NCBI GenBank assembly: GCA_003222035.1
Contig: QHUS01000092.1
Coordinates: 8,202 to 72,201 of the forward strand
DNA from: Gemmatimonadota bacterium
GTDB lineage: Bacteria; Gemmatimonadota; Gemmatimonadetes; Gemmatimonadales; GWC2-71-9
DNA length: 64,000 nucleotides
Direction of reading: 5' to 3'
Shown: piece after piece, positions 28,134-40,159 of the stretch
Layout of the letters: each line of letters begins with the position of its first letter
How positions within the stretch are numbered: the stretch's first letter is position 1
The notes under the pieces: model-generated
Databases searched by the model: none
Seen by the model: the letters and a program-made list of their open reading frames with translations, nothing else
Told to the model about the DNA's origin: nothing
Position numbers and translations under genes: made by a program

Positions 28134-29416
28134 ACCGCATGCTCGTACTCTGTATCGCCTGCTGGGGCTGCGCCGCCGCCGACTCCGGCGCGGGAGTGGC
28201 GCTGCTGCACCGCGCCGACGAGGCCGCGGCGCGCCTCGAGGACCAGCTGCTCGCGCCCTATCGCGCTCGCCACCCGGGCCTCGAAGTCGCTGAACGGCAC
28301 GTCGCGCTCCCGGCCGCGGAGTACCGCCGTCTCCTGCTGGTGGCGGCGGCGCGTGAGGCCCTTCCGGATGTCTTCCAGCTGGACGACATCGGTGTTCCCG
28401 CCGTCGTGGACCGGGGTCATGCCCTCGACCTGGCTCCCTCGTTGGGGCGAGTCGGCGTCGACCTGACCCGTTTCGATCCCACCGTCCTCGCCATGTTCCG
28501 ACGTGGCGCGGGGATCTACGCACTCCCCCGCGGCTTCACGCCGCTCGTGGTCGTCTACAACCGAGACCTGCTGGACCGCGCGGGAATCGCCGCTCCGACG
28601 GGCGATTGGACCTGGGACGACTTCGGGCTTGCGGCGCGGCGCCTGACGCGCGACGAGGACGGCGACGGGCGGATCGACCATTGGGGGGTCGTGTTCGATC
28701 GGCGACCGGCGATCTGGATTGCGTGGATCTGGGCCGGCGGCGGCGACGTGCTCTGTGCCGACGGGCGGCGCGCCTCGGGATGTCTCGATTCCCCGGTCAC
28801 GGTCGCGGCCATCCGCTGGTACGCGTCGTGGGTCGCGCCGGGGAGAGCGGGCGGACCGGTGGCGCCGCGCGCGCGCGACGCGCGGGACTCGAACGCCGCA
28901 GGCGACGGGTTGTTCGCGGCGGGCCGCGTGGCATTCATGACGGTGGATCACGGTGCGGTGCCCAATCTCCGGGCGGCGGCGGCCGCGGGTCGCCTGCGCC
29001 TGGGATTCGTTTCGATTCCGCGCCGGGCGGGGTCCGAGCCCGCCACGGTCTTGTACGCCTCCGGATACGCCGCGCCGGCGAACCTTCTGCGCCGGAAGGC
29101 AGCGGTCGAGCTCGCCGCCGACCTCACCGACTCGGTCGCCGATGCGACCCGGGGGGAAGCGGGCATCGAGCTGCCGGCGGTGACCGCCGCGGCCGCGGCG
29201 CTGGCGGCCGCCGACACCCTGGGGTGGGAGGCAGTGTTTCTGCGGGCCGCGGCGCGCGGGCGCGCGACCTGGGGCGCGCGCGTGGCGCAATGGGGCGAGG
29301 TCGAGGCCGCACTCACCGACCTGATGGATCGCGTCACCGTGGACGGCGCCGATCCTGCTCGAAGCGCGCGCGCTACCGCGCGCGAGCTCGACCGCTTGCT
29401 CGGCGCTACCCGATGA
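28130..29416 (+). CDS. Sugar ABC transporter substrate-binding lipoprotein
   Basis: Cys lipobox-like, PDVFQLD, IYALP, VYNRDL, WTWDDF, GRVAF. Confidence 0.85.
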
Positions 29417-31242
29417 CTCCCGTTGCACGCTGGCGGGGCGGCGCCCTCGTCGCGCTCGCGGTCGGCGTCGCGCTGCCCTTCGGGGTGGCGCACGAGCTCC
29501 GTGGCAGATACCAGCGCGCGCTGGCGCTACAGGAGGCGACCGCGGTGGCGGGTTATATCGCGGTCGTAACGCCGCGTACGCGGACCGGCGCCGCGTACGA
29601 TCTGCCGCCGCTGCTGATCCGTGCCAGAGCCCTCGACCAGCTGCCCGAGTTCTCGGGCCGGTTCGAGGTCTACCATGCGACGGCACCGCTCGTGCATGCC
29701 ACGGCTCCACCGCTGCCGACTGCGACGCTGCAACGCCTGCGGCGGGAAGTGGCGGCACATTGGACGGGACGCGAGGCCCTGGCCCCGTTGCTCGATCACG
29801 ACGGCTGGGCCGTGGTGGGTGCGGTTGCGGCCCGCCCGGCTGGCGATGAGGAGCCGGCGCCGCTTTGGTCCGTGGCCGCGCTGCTGCTCCTGGGAATCGC
29901 GGCCACACAGGCTCTGCGGACGATCGGGGGGCCGCGCCACGCGTGGCGAGCGGCGCTCGGACCCTACGGCATGGTGGCGGCTCTGTACGGCGCCGCGGTA
30001 TTCGCCGACCTGCGTAGCGCAGCGCGGGCCACCACCGACCGACGGCTGTACGACACGCGGCTGCTGATACAGGAGGCTGCGGCCCGCGTGCCCGAGGTCC
30101 GTGGCGCGCCCGGTGACCTGGCGCCGATCGCCCGAGGAGCGCAGATCGTCCCCGGTGACTCCGGCTCCTCGGCGGCGTGGCGGCGCCAAGCCGGCGGCGT
30201 GACTCGAGCGGCCGTTGCCGTGCGGTTCACATCGGGGCGCTGGGTCGAGCTGCGCGTCCCCCCCGCCGAAGCCGGTGTGATCGTGTGGCTCCCTCTGACG
30301 CTCGGCTGCGCCGCGCTCGGGCCGCTCGCCGCGCTCTTGGCCGGCTGGAGCCTGACGGCGGAACCCGAGTGGCGACGCGAGACCGCGGCGGCGTGGACGT
30401 TCCTCGCCCCATCGGCTCTGCTCCTCGCCGCTTTCTCCGCCATCCCCGTGCTTCTCGCCCTGTACGTGTCGGTGCACGGGTGGAGCCCGATCGAGACGGC
30501 GCGCCCGTTCGTGGGGCTCGCCAACTATGTCCACGTCGTGCGTGATCCGCTCACGTGGTCGGCCCTCGGCCACACGGCCGTGTATGCGCTCTATGTCCCG
30601 ATCGCGTTGGCCCTCGCCCTCGGGCTCGCCGTCACGCTCGGCCGACACCCGCGCCTGACCGGTTTCGTGAGCGGCGTGCTCCTGTTGCCGTACGTCTCGT
30701 CCGTGGTCGCGCTGGCGCTGGTGTGGCGCTGGCTATACCACCCGGATCTCGGGGTGATCAATCAGCTGCTGACGCGGGCAAGGCTCACGCCGGTGGACTG
30801 GCTCGGCAATCCAAAGACGGCGCTGGCCGCGTTGATGGTCGTGGCTGCGTGGATGCAGCTGGGTTATCAGATGACGGTCTTCGCGGCGGGGCTCCGCGCG
30901 ATCCCCAGAGTGTATCTGGATGCCGCCCGAGTGGACGGCGCGAGCGCCTGGCAGCGATTCTGGCGCGTGACCTTCCCGCTGCTGCGTCCGGTGACACTGT
31001 TCCTGCTGGTGACGGGCATGATCGGTGCTTGTCAGGTCTTCGCGCTCGTTTTCGTGATGACCGGCGGCGGGCCGGCTCATGCCACAGACGTGATCGTAAC
31101 TCGCATCTATCGGACGGCGTGGGAACTGCTGCAATTCGGCGAGGCCAGCGCCCTCGCGCTGCTGCTGTGCGCGCTGCTGCTCGGAGCGACGTGGAGCCAG
31201 CTCAAGCTGCTCGATCGGCGGGTGGAATATGACGAGGGGTGA
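29413..31242 (+). CDS. Carbohydrate ABC permease (MalF/UgpA-like) with about 320-aa N-terminal extension
   Basis: C-half FLAPS..FVGLANY, DAARVDGASAWQRFWRVTFPLL (EAA loop), MTGGGP. Confidence 0.82.
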   Translation: MTPVARWRGGALVALAVGVALPFGVAHELRGRYQRALALQEATAVAGYIAVVTPRTRTGAAYDLPPLLIRARALDQLPEFSGRFEVYHATAPLVHATAPPLPTATLQRLRREVAAHWTGREALAPLLDHDGWAVVGAVAARPAGDEEPAPLWSVAALLLLGIAATQALRTIGGPRHAWRAALGPYGMVAALYGAAVFADLRSAARATTDRRLYDTRLLIQEAAARVPEVRGAPGDLAPIARGAQIVPGDSGSSAAWRRQAGGVTRAAVAVRFTSGRWVELRVPPAEAGVIVWLPLTLGCAALGPLAALLAGWSLTAEPEWRRETAAAWTFLAPSALLLAAFSAIPVLLALYVSVHGWSPIETARPFVGLANYVHVVRDPLTWSALGHTAVYALYVPIALALALGLAVTLGRHPRLTGFVSGVLLLPYVSSVVALALVWRWLYHPDLGVINQLLTRARLTPVDWLGNPKTALAALMVVAAWMQLGYQMTVFAAGLRAIPRVYLDAARVDGASAWQRFWRVTFPLLRPVTLFLLVTGMIGACQVFALVFVMTGGGPAHATDVIVTRIYRTAWELLQFGEASALALLLCALLLGATWSQLKLLDRRVEYDEG

Positions 31243-32020
31243 AGGGGGAAGGGGGACGAGGGATGGGTGGTTGGCGTATGCGCTCGGGCTGCCGCTCGCG
31301 GTGCTCGCGCTCGCTCCATTCCTCTATATGGTCGTGACCGCCGTAAGGGACCAGCCGATCGAGACCTTCGTCGCCGCCGCGACCACAATGCCGTTCGATC
31401 GCTTTCTCCTCACGAGCCTCGTCCTGTCGCTCGCCGTCGCGTCGGGGCAGGTCTTCACGAGCGCGACTGCGGCCTACGCACTGGCGCGGCTCCGCTTCGC
31501 TGGGCGCGAGCGCGTGTTGCTCGTTTACTTGTCGGCGTTGATGGCTCCGGGGATTCTGCTCGCCATTCCGCGGTTCCTCCTGATCGACGCCCTCGGCTGG
31601 GTGGACCGGTACCGCGGCCTCGTCTCAACGGAACTGGTGTCCGTGACGGGGATTTTCCTGCTGCGTCAGTTCTTCCGCACGATCCCCCGCGACTTGGAGG
31701 ACGCCGCCCGCCTCGAGGGCGCCCGGGAGTGGACGATCTTCTGGCGTGTGATTCTGCCCGTGTCGCGACCGGCGCTCGTCACGCTCGGGGTGCTCGCGTT
31801 CGCCGATCAATGGCGAAGCTTCCTCTGGCCCCTGGTGGCGACGCGCGCCGAGAGCATGCGACCCGTCGAGGTCGGCATTGCGGATCTGCGCGGGCTCTAC
31901 GAATTGAGCGGGCCCGGTCAAATGGCAGCCGCAACGCTCGCGGTGCTTCCGGTAGTGCTCGTGTATTGCGTGGCGCGGCGGTACTTCGTCAGGGGAATCA
32001 GCGAAACGGGGCTGAGGTAA
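31229..32020 (+). CDS. Carbohydrate ABC permease (MalG/UgpE-like)
   Basis: AYALARLRF.GR, IFLLRQFF..IPRDLEDAARLEGA, FLWPL. Confidence 0.88.
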   Translation: MTRGEGGRGTRDGWLAYALGLPLAVLALAPFLYMVVTAVRDQPIETFVAAATTMPFDRFLLTSLVLSLAVASGQVFTSATAAYALARLRFAGRERVLLVYLSALMAPGILLAIPRFLLIDALGWVDRYRGLVSTELVSVTGIFLLRQFFRTIPRDLEDAARLEGAREWTIFWRVILPVSRPALVTLGVLAFADQWRSFLWPLVATRAESMRPVEVGIADLRGLYELSGPGQMAAATLAVLPVVLVYCVARRYFVRGISETGLR

Positions 32021-32029
32021 AGAAGCCGT

Positions 32030-34792
32030 TTACGGCTTGCCGGTGCGCCGACCGGTCGTGGCGGATCGGAAGGTCAATGCCCATCTGATGTCCCTCCCGT
32101 CTCCACCCGCGGGCCATTCGAGCACGGCGTGCCCGGACTCCAGCCTGCGCACGGTACAGGGTCGGTCGGCCTTGCACGTGGCGGGCCGCAGCCCCTTCGG
32201 AACGGAGATGGTGACCGCGTACGCCCGGGCGTCGAGATTTGTGGCTGCGGCCTTGAGCGTGCGGGCTGTCGCGTCCCAGGATTCGTCGGCGACGTCCACT
32301 GCTCCCTGCACGATGTGGCGGGTCGTGCCGATGATTTGAGGCCGGGCGACGGCGGGCCGGATCGCGACTGTCCGCGCGGAGCGCGGCTCGACCGATACCA
32401 CGAGGGTGGCTTTCAGGTCGGGGGCGGGCGCGTCACGCCACACGTCGTACGCGTCGAACGTCGTGCCGCTGATGCCGAGCTGCGCGAGCGGCACGGACAC
32501 CTGCAGCGGCTCATTGTCCCAGTTCGCGGCCACGACGGTCCACCACCGCGGCGCGCCCTCGCCCACCCAGACCCGGGCGGGCCGGTCGCGGCGCACGCTC
32601 CAGATCCCCCCGGCGTCTTTCCCGCCCCCGGACACTCGGACGGCGAGGACGTTCTCGCCTCCCCAGTTGACACCCTCGGAAGGCACGGAATAGCGACGAT
32701 ACTCGCCGGGGCCCGTGGTCTCCCCGATCTTGAGACCGTTCAAGAACGTCTGGTCGGCGTCGGCGATCTTGCCGAGCTCGAGGGTCAGGGTCCGACTGTC
32801 CGACGGTCCGACCGTCCGACCGGGGGGGGGTGGAAGGGTGAATCGCACGCGATACCAGGCGATGCCGGTGTACCCCGCATGTCCTGCCTCGTCCCAGCGT
32901 TGCGGTACCTGAATGGTCTCCCACGCTTCCTCGTCGAATCCACGCGCGCTGTAGCCCGGATCGTCACCCGTCCGGAAGCGCCACGAGCCGCTCACCGGAT
33001 ACACGTCGCCGCCCGCTACGACGGCCGGAGCCACGGCGGGCCCGACTGAGCCGGTTTCGATCGGACGGCCGGCCAGGCGCGCGACCGGAAGGCAGCGCTG
33101 CAGCAACGCCACCCGGTCCGGCGGGAGCGCCGGCAGGTTGTCCGAGAAGAGCGTGATCCCACCCGTCACCGCTACGAGGGAGGCCCAGAGCTCGGCGGCT
33201 GCGCGGGTGAGGGGAGGACGCACGACCAGGCAGTCGGGGTCATTCAGCCACGCCGCGCGCTGGAAGAAGCTCCGCAACCCGGCCGCCTGTGCGGGGGCCT
33301 GGATGCCCCCCCAGCTCGCGTCCACGTCGGGGCCGATGCGCATGCCGTTGACGAATCCCGCGGCATGCTGCAGGGGCGCCCGGCTCCCGATCAAGAGCGC
33401 CTCAGTGCCGAGGCCGTCGCGCAGCGCCGCCAGGCCGGCGCGGTACGCCTCCGCGTGAGTCAGTCCGCCGAAGTGGCTCGCGCCCAGCTGGGCCCAGTGC
33501 AGCATATCGACGCGAACGTAGTCGTACCCCCACTCTCGCACGGCGCGGCGGGCGAGCTCGAACAACCATTGCTGGACCTTGGGATGAGCGCCGTCGAGCG
33601 CGTAGACGTTGCCACCCCAGGCTTCGCGAACGGCACACACTACCGGGTCATGGGCGTCACGCAGCAGCCAGTCGGGCTGCGACGTCGGCACACCGGATCC
33701 ATCGCTGACGCCGAAGGGCGCCACCCACAGGCCTGCCTTGAAACCCGCCGCGTGGATCTGGTCAGTGAGCCGGGCGTGTCCCTGCGGAAACCGGTCGTTC
33801 GTTTCCCAGGCGCCTACGGCTCGCTCATATCCGTCATCGAGCTCGATGTAGCGAAAGAACCGGCGATCGAACGTCTTGGCGCAGAACTCCACGTTCGCGA
33901 GCACATCGGCTTCGCTGGCCGCGCTGCCCAGCTCGGACCGCGTGCACCACCCCGCGGGGGCGACCGCCTCCGCGAGGCGCTCCTGGTCGACCGGCGATGG
34001 CGGGACGAAGACGGTACTCAGCGCCTCGAGTCCGTCACCTTCCGGGTCGAAGCACAGCCGCATCCGGGAGGCGTCGCCCTCGGGCCGGAGGGGCCGTGGG
34101 GGCAGCCAATCGCTTACCGCCTCCACCTCGTCCGCCGACAGCTGTACACGAGCCTCCCCCGGTTCGCCCGCGTCAAACGCGATGGCGAGCCCCCGGCGAC
34201 CCCGCGTGAGCCCGCAGGCCGCGTAGCTCGCGACACCCGCCGCATCCCGCGCTCCCACCGTCACGATGCGGCACGGGTCACTCGAGTGGGCGCCGTTCAG
34301 GAGTGCGACGAGTGAACCGTCGCCCGCGAGCACCTGCGCGTGCGCCACCCGCAGGAAGCGCACGCCTTTGACGGTCGGGAGAAAGCGATCCGGGAACACA
34401 GTGACTGTGACGGCTGCCTGCGGAGCGGCCGCGCCACCGGCCGTGAGAAACTCCGCCTCCACCCACACGCCCGCCGCCCGGCCTCGCACCACGACGGCGT
34501 CGCCACCGGGGGGACGCCGGCTTCCAACGGCGCTATCTTCCAGCTCCGCAAGCGTCAGCGCCCGGTCACCGACCCACGTCAGGACCTCCGCGTCCCGCAC
34601 CAGGGGAACGGGAGAGCCGTCCCCGTAGTACCAGAGCGACCAGCGGCGCCGCTCGTCGAGCTCAAAGCGCAGCCGGCCGGGCACGTCCCGACGGTGAGGA
34701 CGCGGACGCTGCCGGGCGTCGGCGAGCGCGGGGCGCGCGACGAGTCCGCCGGAGACGCCTCCCGTGAGGAGAACGAACGTGCGTCGGTCCAT
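32030..34792 (-). CDS. Tat-exported alpha-galactosidase (GH36/GH27-like) with inserted GH2-type jelly-roll domain
   Basis: MDRRTF Tat signal; GWCT, IELDDGY, GLWVAPF, YDYVRVD, MRIGPD, NDPDCL; WRFRTGDD...AWYR...GENVLAVRV insert. Confidence 0.82.
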   Translation of the reverse strand: MDRRTFVLLTGGVSGGLVARPALADARQRPRPHRRDVPGRLRFELDERRRWSLWYYGDGSPVPLVRDAEVLTWVGDRALTLAELEDSAVGSRRPPGGDAVVVRGRAAGVWVEAEFLTAGGAAAPQAAVTVTVFPDRFLPTVKGVRFLRVAHAQVLAGDGSLVALLNGAHSSDPCRIVTVGARDAAGVASYAACGLTRGRRGLAIAFDAGEPGEARVQLSADEVEAVSDWLPPRPLRPEGDASRMRLCFDPEGDGLEALSTVFVPPSPVDQERLAEAVAPAGWCTRSELGSAASEADVLANVEFCAKTFDRRFFRYIELDDGYERAVGAWETNDRFPQGHARLTDQIHAAGFKAGLWVAPFGVSDGSGVPTSQPDWLLRDAHDPVVCAVREAWGGNVYALDGAHPKVQQWLFELARRAVREWGYDYVRVDMLHWAQLGASHFGGLTHAEAYRAGLAALRDGLGTEALLIGSRAPLQHAAGFVNGMRIGPDVDASWGGIQAPAQAAGLRSFFQRAAWLNDPDCLVVRPPLTRAAAELWASLVAVTGGITLFSDNLPALPPDRVALLQRCLPVARLAGRPIETGSVGPAVAPAVVAGGDVYPVSGSWRFRTGDDPGYSARGFDEEAWETIQVPQRWDEAGHAGYTGIAWYRVRFTLPPPPGRTVGPSDSRTLTLELGKIADADQTFLNGLKIGETTGPGEYRRYSVPSEGVNWGGENVLAVRVSGGGKDAGGIWSVRRDRPARVWVGEGAPRWWTVVAANWDNEPLQVSVPLAQLGISGTTFDAYDVWRDAPAPDLKATLVVSVEPRSARTVAIRPAVARPQIIGTTRHIVQGAVDVADESWDATARTLKAAATNLDARAYAVTISVPKGLRPATCKADRPCTVRRLESGHAVLEWPAGGDGRDIRWALTFRSATTGRRTGKP
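32792..32823. repeat. Tandem octamer array inside alpha-galactosidase gene
   Basis: CCGACTGT-CCGACGGT-CCGACCGT-CCGACCGG. Confidence 0.75.
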
Positions 34793-34894
34793 CGTCACAA
34801 TGTTGGTGGGCATGGTTGGTTTGTCTACGCCGCTGATGGGCCAGGGTAGCGCCGCGGCTGGCGCGGGGGGAGCGCCGTCCCTAGTTTGGCACCG

Positions 34895-36447
34895 ATGGTA
34901 GCGCCATCCCTCGATACCGAGCATCCCGGCATCCGGGTCATTGCGGAAGTCGCGTCGGTGTTGCAAGCGGGCCTCGGGTCGGGGGAGGTCCTGCACGGCG
35001 TGGTGAGCGCGCTGCGGCGTGGCCTCAACCTGCGCCGCTGCCGCCTCTGGCTCCGCAGCCCGGACGGCACGCGCTTCACGCCGGTTACGACGTCGGGAGA
35101 CGAAGCGGAGCAACCGGGCTATGCCCCGCCGGTGGCCGAGTGGATGCGCCGGGGCCACCAGCGGGAGGACGTACCCGGCGGCTCCATCGTCCGGCTCCCC
35201 CTCATCCATAACGACGAGCCGCTCGGCGTGCTCGAGGTCGTCATCCCCACGGGACGCTACGAGGGCATCGCGCACGACGTCGTCGTGGTGGTGGCGCGCA
35301 TTCTGGCGCCCATCATCGGCGCAAGCGAGCTGTCACAGGATCTCGCGTCCGAGGTTGCGCTCCGTACACACGAGGTGGAAGCGCAGCGGAGCTTCGCCGC
35401 GCAGATCATCGACTCCCTCCCCGTCGGTTTGTACGTGATCGACCGCGACTACCAGATCCGTGCGTGGAACCGCAAGCGCGAGACGGGCACGCAGGGGGTG
35501 TCGCGCGAGGACGCCGTGGGTCGCGTGATCTTCGACGTGCTCGACCGGCAGCCCCGGGACCTCCTGAAGCGAGAGTTCGACCGCGTGTTCGAGACCGGCG
35601 AGCTGCAGCAGGTGGAGATGGAGTCGCAGGCCTCGGGCGAAGCGCGCCACTACCGCATCACGAAGATCCCGATGCGGGAAGACGGCCGCACCATCTCCCA
35701 CGTCGTCACCATCGGCGAGGACATCACGGAGTGGCGCCAGGCGCAGCAGCGCCTGACGGAGACGGAGAAGCTCGCAGCGGTGGGGCAACTCGCCGCCGGC
35801 GTCATGCACGAGATCAACAACCCGCTCGCGACCATCCTGGCGTGCTGCGAAGCCCTGGCGCTCCGGGCCGAGGACCTGACCCCTGCCGACCGTCACGGTT
35901 ACGCCGAGTACCTGAAGATCATCGACGCCGAAGTGCAGCGTTGCCGGCGGATCGTCGAGAGCCTGCTCGAGTTTTCCCGCCCGAAAGGGGGCGACAAGAA
36001 GCTGCAGGACGTGAACGGCGTGGTGGAGCAAACGCTGTTCCTGCTCAAGCACCACGCGCGGTTCAAGCGCCTGACGGTGGTGCGCGAGCTGACGTCGGGT
36101 CTGCCGCCGGTGCTCGCGGACCAGGAGCGCCTGATCCAGAGCTTCATGGCACTGATGCTCAACGCGATGGATGCGATGGACTCACGGGGGACCTTGACCG
36201 TCAGGACCTGCATCAACCCCGACCGCGCGGATGAGGTGCTGCTCGAGTTCATCGACACGGGCACCGGCATCAAGCGAGAGGACCTGCCCAAGATTTTCGA
36301 GCCGTTCTTCACGACGAAGCTGCAGGGGCGGGGTACTGGACTCGGCCTCTCGATTTGCTACGGGATCATCGCCGAGCACCGGGGGCGCATCGAGGTGGAG
36401 TCGCAGCTCGGAGTTGGATCGAACTTCAAGGTGTATCTCCCGATGGG

Positions 36448-36451
<4 letters not shown>
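34895..36451 (+). CDS. Cytoplasmic GAF-PAS sensor histidine kinase (NtrB-like)
   Basis: GQLAAGVMHEINNPL H-box, NAMDAM, DTGTGI, FEPFFTTK, GTGLGL. Confidence 0.92.
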
Positions 36452-37116
<665 letters not shown>

Positions 37117-37117
37117 C

Positions 37118-38550
37118 GTGCCGACGCTGCGCGGGCAGCTCTCCGCCTGGTATTCCGGAGCACTCGCCCTCACCCTCGCTGCCTTCGCCGGAGTGTTGTA
37201 CTTCGATCGGCGGAGCGCTTCGTACCAGGACCTCGACCAGCGGATCCAGTCCGAGGTGTCGCTGACCGCGGGGATCCTCGCCGAAAGCTACCGGGCCCGC
37301 GGCGTGCTGGTGCGGGCGGACACCGCCGGGCGTCCGATCCTGATCCCCGACCTCGCCGCACTGCTCGAGGCGGTCCCTGGCTTTCTCATCATCACGGCGC
37401 GCGATGGGAGCCTGTTGTTCGCCTCGTCCGATGCGCGGGCCCTGACCTTCCAACAGGTCGAGCAGCTGCAGCGGCCCGCGAGCACGCTCGTCTCGGGGGG
37501 GGAACGAGGGCAGGGGGGCGGGGGGGGGCAGGGGGCGCAGGGGGGGCGGTCGAGCGGGACGCTCCGGCTCGACGCCAACGGCCCGATGAGACAGCCGAGT
37601 TGGGGCCCCAGCAGCTGCTCTCGACGTTCCTCTGGGTGCTCCCCTTCGGCGTCGGCGTCGCGCTCTTGATGGGCCTGTGGATCGCCCGGCGCGCGCTTGC
37701 GGCGGTGGACATGATCATCACGGAGGTACGCGAGATCACGGACGGTCGCAGCCTGCACCGGCGCCTGGCCGAACCCATGGAGAAGGACGAGATCGGTCGC
37801 CTGATCGAGACGCTGAACCAGATGATGACCCGGTTGGAGCGCAGCTTCGCCGCCCTGCGGCGGTTCACGGCCGACGCGAGCCACGAGCTGAAGACGCCCC
37901 TCACCGTGCTCCGGGCCGGCGTGGAGCGCGCGATCACGACGCCCAACCTTCCGCAGGACACGCTCGCGACGCTCGAGGAGACACTTCAGGTGATCCAGCG
38001 CATGACCGAGCTGGTGGACGCGCTGCTGACGCTGGCCCGCGCCGACGAGGGGATCGCGCCGCTGCATCGCGAGCCGGTGGACCTGCGCGAGATCGTCGAA
38101 GAGCTCCGTGAGACCGGTGAGCTGCTCGCGGAGGAGTCCGGCATCCGGATGGAGGTGGCGACCGCTCCGGAGCCGATGGTCGTCTCCGTCGACGCGACGC
38201 GCATCCGCCAGCTGATCCTCAACCTCCTCACCAACGCGGTGAAGTACACGCCCACGGGCGGGATGGTGCGCATGCAGCTCGGCGCCGCGAACGGGCGGAT
38301 CACGCTCAGCGTGGCCGACACCGGAATCGGCATCGCGCCTGGGGATCTGCCGCACATCTTCGACCGCTTCTGGCGCGCCGACTCGGCGCGCACACGCACC
38401 GGAGAGCGCCCGGGCGCGGGATTGGGCCTCGCGATCTGCAAATGGATTGCCGAGGCGCACGGCGGCCACATCGACGTGGTGAGCCGTCCCGGGCGCGGCA
38501 CTACGTTCACCGTCTCGATTCCCCGGGACGCGGCGTCCGCCGACTCCTAA
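37118..38550 (+). pseudogene. Membrane HAMP sensor histidine kinase (CusS-like), frameshifted/deleted near 37588
   Basis: TM1 and periplasmic part in one frame; TM2-HAMP-ADASHELKTPL-HATPase in another frame. Confidence 0.8.
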
Positions 38551-38640
38551 CCCGGCCGTCATCGGTTCGTCACGCCGCTCCCATCCCGTTGCAAACGACG
38601 CGTGGCATGATGGTGGAGCACCCTTTCGTGGAGGGGCTTC

Positions 38641-39276
38641 ATGTTGGCCACCGATCGACGGCTCGTACCGAGTGGGGTCATATCCGTGCTCGCCCATGCG
38701 GGCGTGCTCGGCGCGGCGTTCCTGGCAACGCTCCGACCGGACCGCGTTGCCGATGCCGCGAGCCAACCGGTCATCCTGGCGTGGCCACAGACGCCTGACG
38801 GGCCGCCCGATCCCCCGGACCCGAGACCCGGACCCGTTCCACCCATCGACGTGCCGCCGCAACCGCCCATCGGGATTCCGCCGATTGATGAGGGTCTGTC
38901 TTTCGATGGTCGACCGCCGCTGCTGGCACGGGACACCGCGGCTGCCGGGAACGGCGCCGCTCAAGTTACCGGAGAGCCGTGGAGCGTCGCAGGGGTCGCG
39001 GAGCCTCCCGTTCTCCTCGCCGGTCCGCTGCTCGCCTACCCTGAGGCGCTGCGCCGCGCCGGAATCGCCGGGCGCGTCGTCGTGCAGGCGGTGATCGACA
39101 CGCTTGGTCGGGTCGAGCCCGGCTCGGTGATCGTCGAGAGTTCCGTGGCGGGGTTCGCCGCGTCGGCACGGGCCTACGCGCTCGGTGCGCGGTTTCGACC
39201 GGGGCGGGTGAATGGTCGTAGCGTGCGAGTGCTGGTCAGCTTGCCGATCGACTTCACGCTCGCGCCTCCCCGTTGA
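38641..39276 (+). CDS. TonB family energy transducer
   Basis: SVLAH TM motif, Pro-rich linker, YPEALRRAGIAGRVVVQAVIDTLG TonB_C. Confidence 0.85.
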   Translation: MLATDRRLVPSGVISVLAHAGVLGAAFLATLRPDRVADAASQPVILAWPQTPDGPPDPPDPRPGPVPPIDVPPQPPIGIPPIDEGLSFDGRPPLLARDTAAAGNGAAQVTGEPWSVAGVAEPPVLLAGPLLAYPEALRRAGIAGRVVVQAVIDTLGRVEPGSVIVESSVAGFAASARAYALGARFRPGRVNGRSVRVLVSLPIDFTLAPPR

Positions 39277-40043
39277 CCGGCGTAGGTTACGCGTCCATGT
39301 ACGTCGCGAGGCCGATCCTGGTCGTCGCCATTGTCTGCAGCAGCGGCGTGGCGCGTTCGGGTGCGGCCCAAATGACCGCCGGCGATCTCGTGAGCGCGGC
39401 GCGCACCCAGCTGTGGAACGGCAACGCGGACTCAGGTCTCGCGCTGCTGCGGCTCGCCCTGGACTCCGGCACGAGCGGGACGACCAGCGATCGGATGAAC
39501 GCGCTGGTGTGGCGCGGCGTGTTTCAGTACTTCAAGGGACGGGATAGCCTCGCGCGGGAGTCGTTTCGCGACGCCCTGACCATCGATCCGCGGCTCGAGG
39601 TCACCGGCCTGGCGCAGGTGGACTCGCTGCTCGCGCTCGAATTCGAAGCGGTACGTCGATCGATTCCGGTTCCGCAGACGGCGGCGCGTCCCACACCCGC
39701 CCTCGCCCGCCTTGCCGCGGGCCGATCAGCCGACACGCTGTTCACCTGCGTTCCCGACTGTCATGGGCTCGACCAGCCTCCCCGAATTCTCTCCGGGATG
39801 GCGGAGACGGTGGCGGTCGAGAGTGGGACCCTCATCATGGGTGGGGTGGCGGTGGTACGGTTTGTGGTGGACACCGCGGGGAGCGTCGAAGCCGCTTCGA
39901 TCTCCGTGGTTTCGTCTCCCGGTGCGGCGCTGCGAGAAACCCTGATCGATCATGTCCGCCCGGCGCGGTTCACCCCGGGACGCGCGCAGGGGCGAGCGGT
40001 GCGGGTTTTGATGCAGTGGCGCCTCAACGTGCGGAGTCGGTGA
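39273..40043 (+). CDS. Exported helical (TPR-like) protein with C-terminal TonB_C domain
   Basis: Signal-like N-terminus; ARESFRDALTIDP TPR-like; VRFVVDTAG...FTPGRAQGRAVRV. Confidence 0.65.
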   Translation: MTGVGYASMYVARPILVVAIVCSSGVARSGAAQMTAGDLVSAARTQLWNGNADSGLALLRLALDSGTSGTTSDRMNALVWRGVFQYFKGRDSLARESFRDALTIDPRLEVTGLAQVDSLLALEFEAVRRSIPVPQTAARPTPALARLAAGRSADTLFTCVPDCHGLDQPPRILSGMAETVAVESGTLIMGGVAVVRFVVDTAGSVEAASISVVSSPGAALRETLIDHVRPARFTPGRAQGRAVRVLMQWRLNVRSR

Positions 40044-40159
40044 AGCAGACGCCTCACCCGGCTGTCATCGTTTTGTAATCCGCGCGCCACTAGCGAGTGG
40101 AGGGATTTCGGCGGTAATTCATAAGGAGTTACCCGATCGAGCCGGGAGGGATACAGAAC

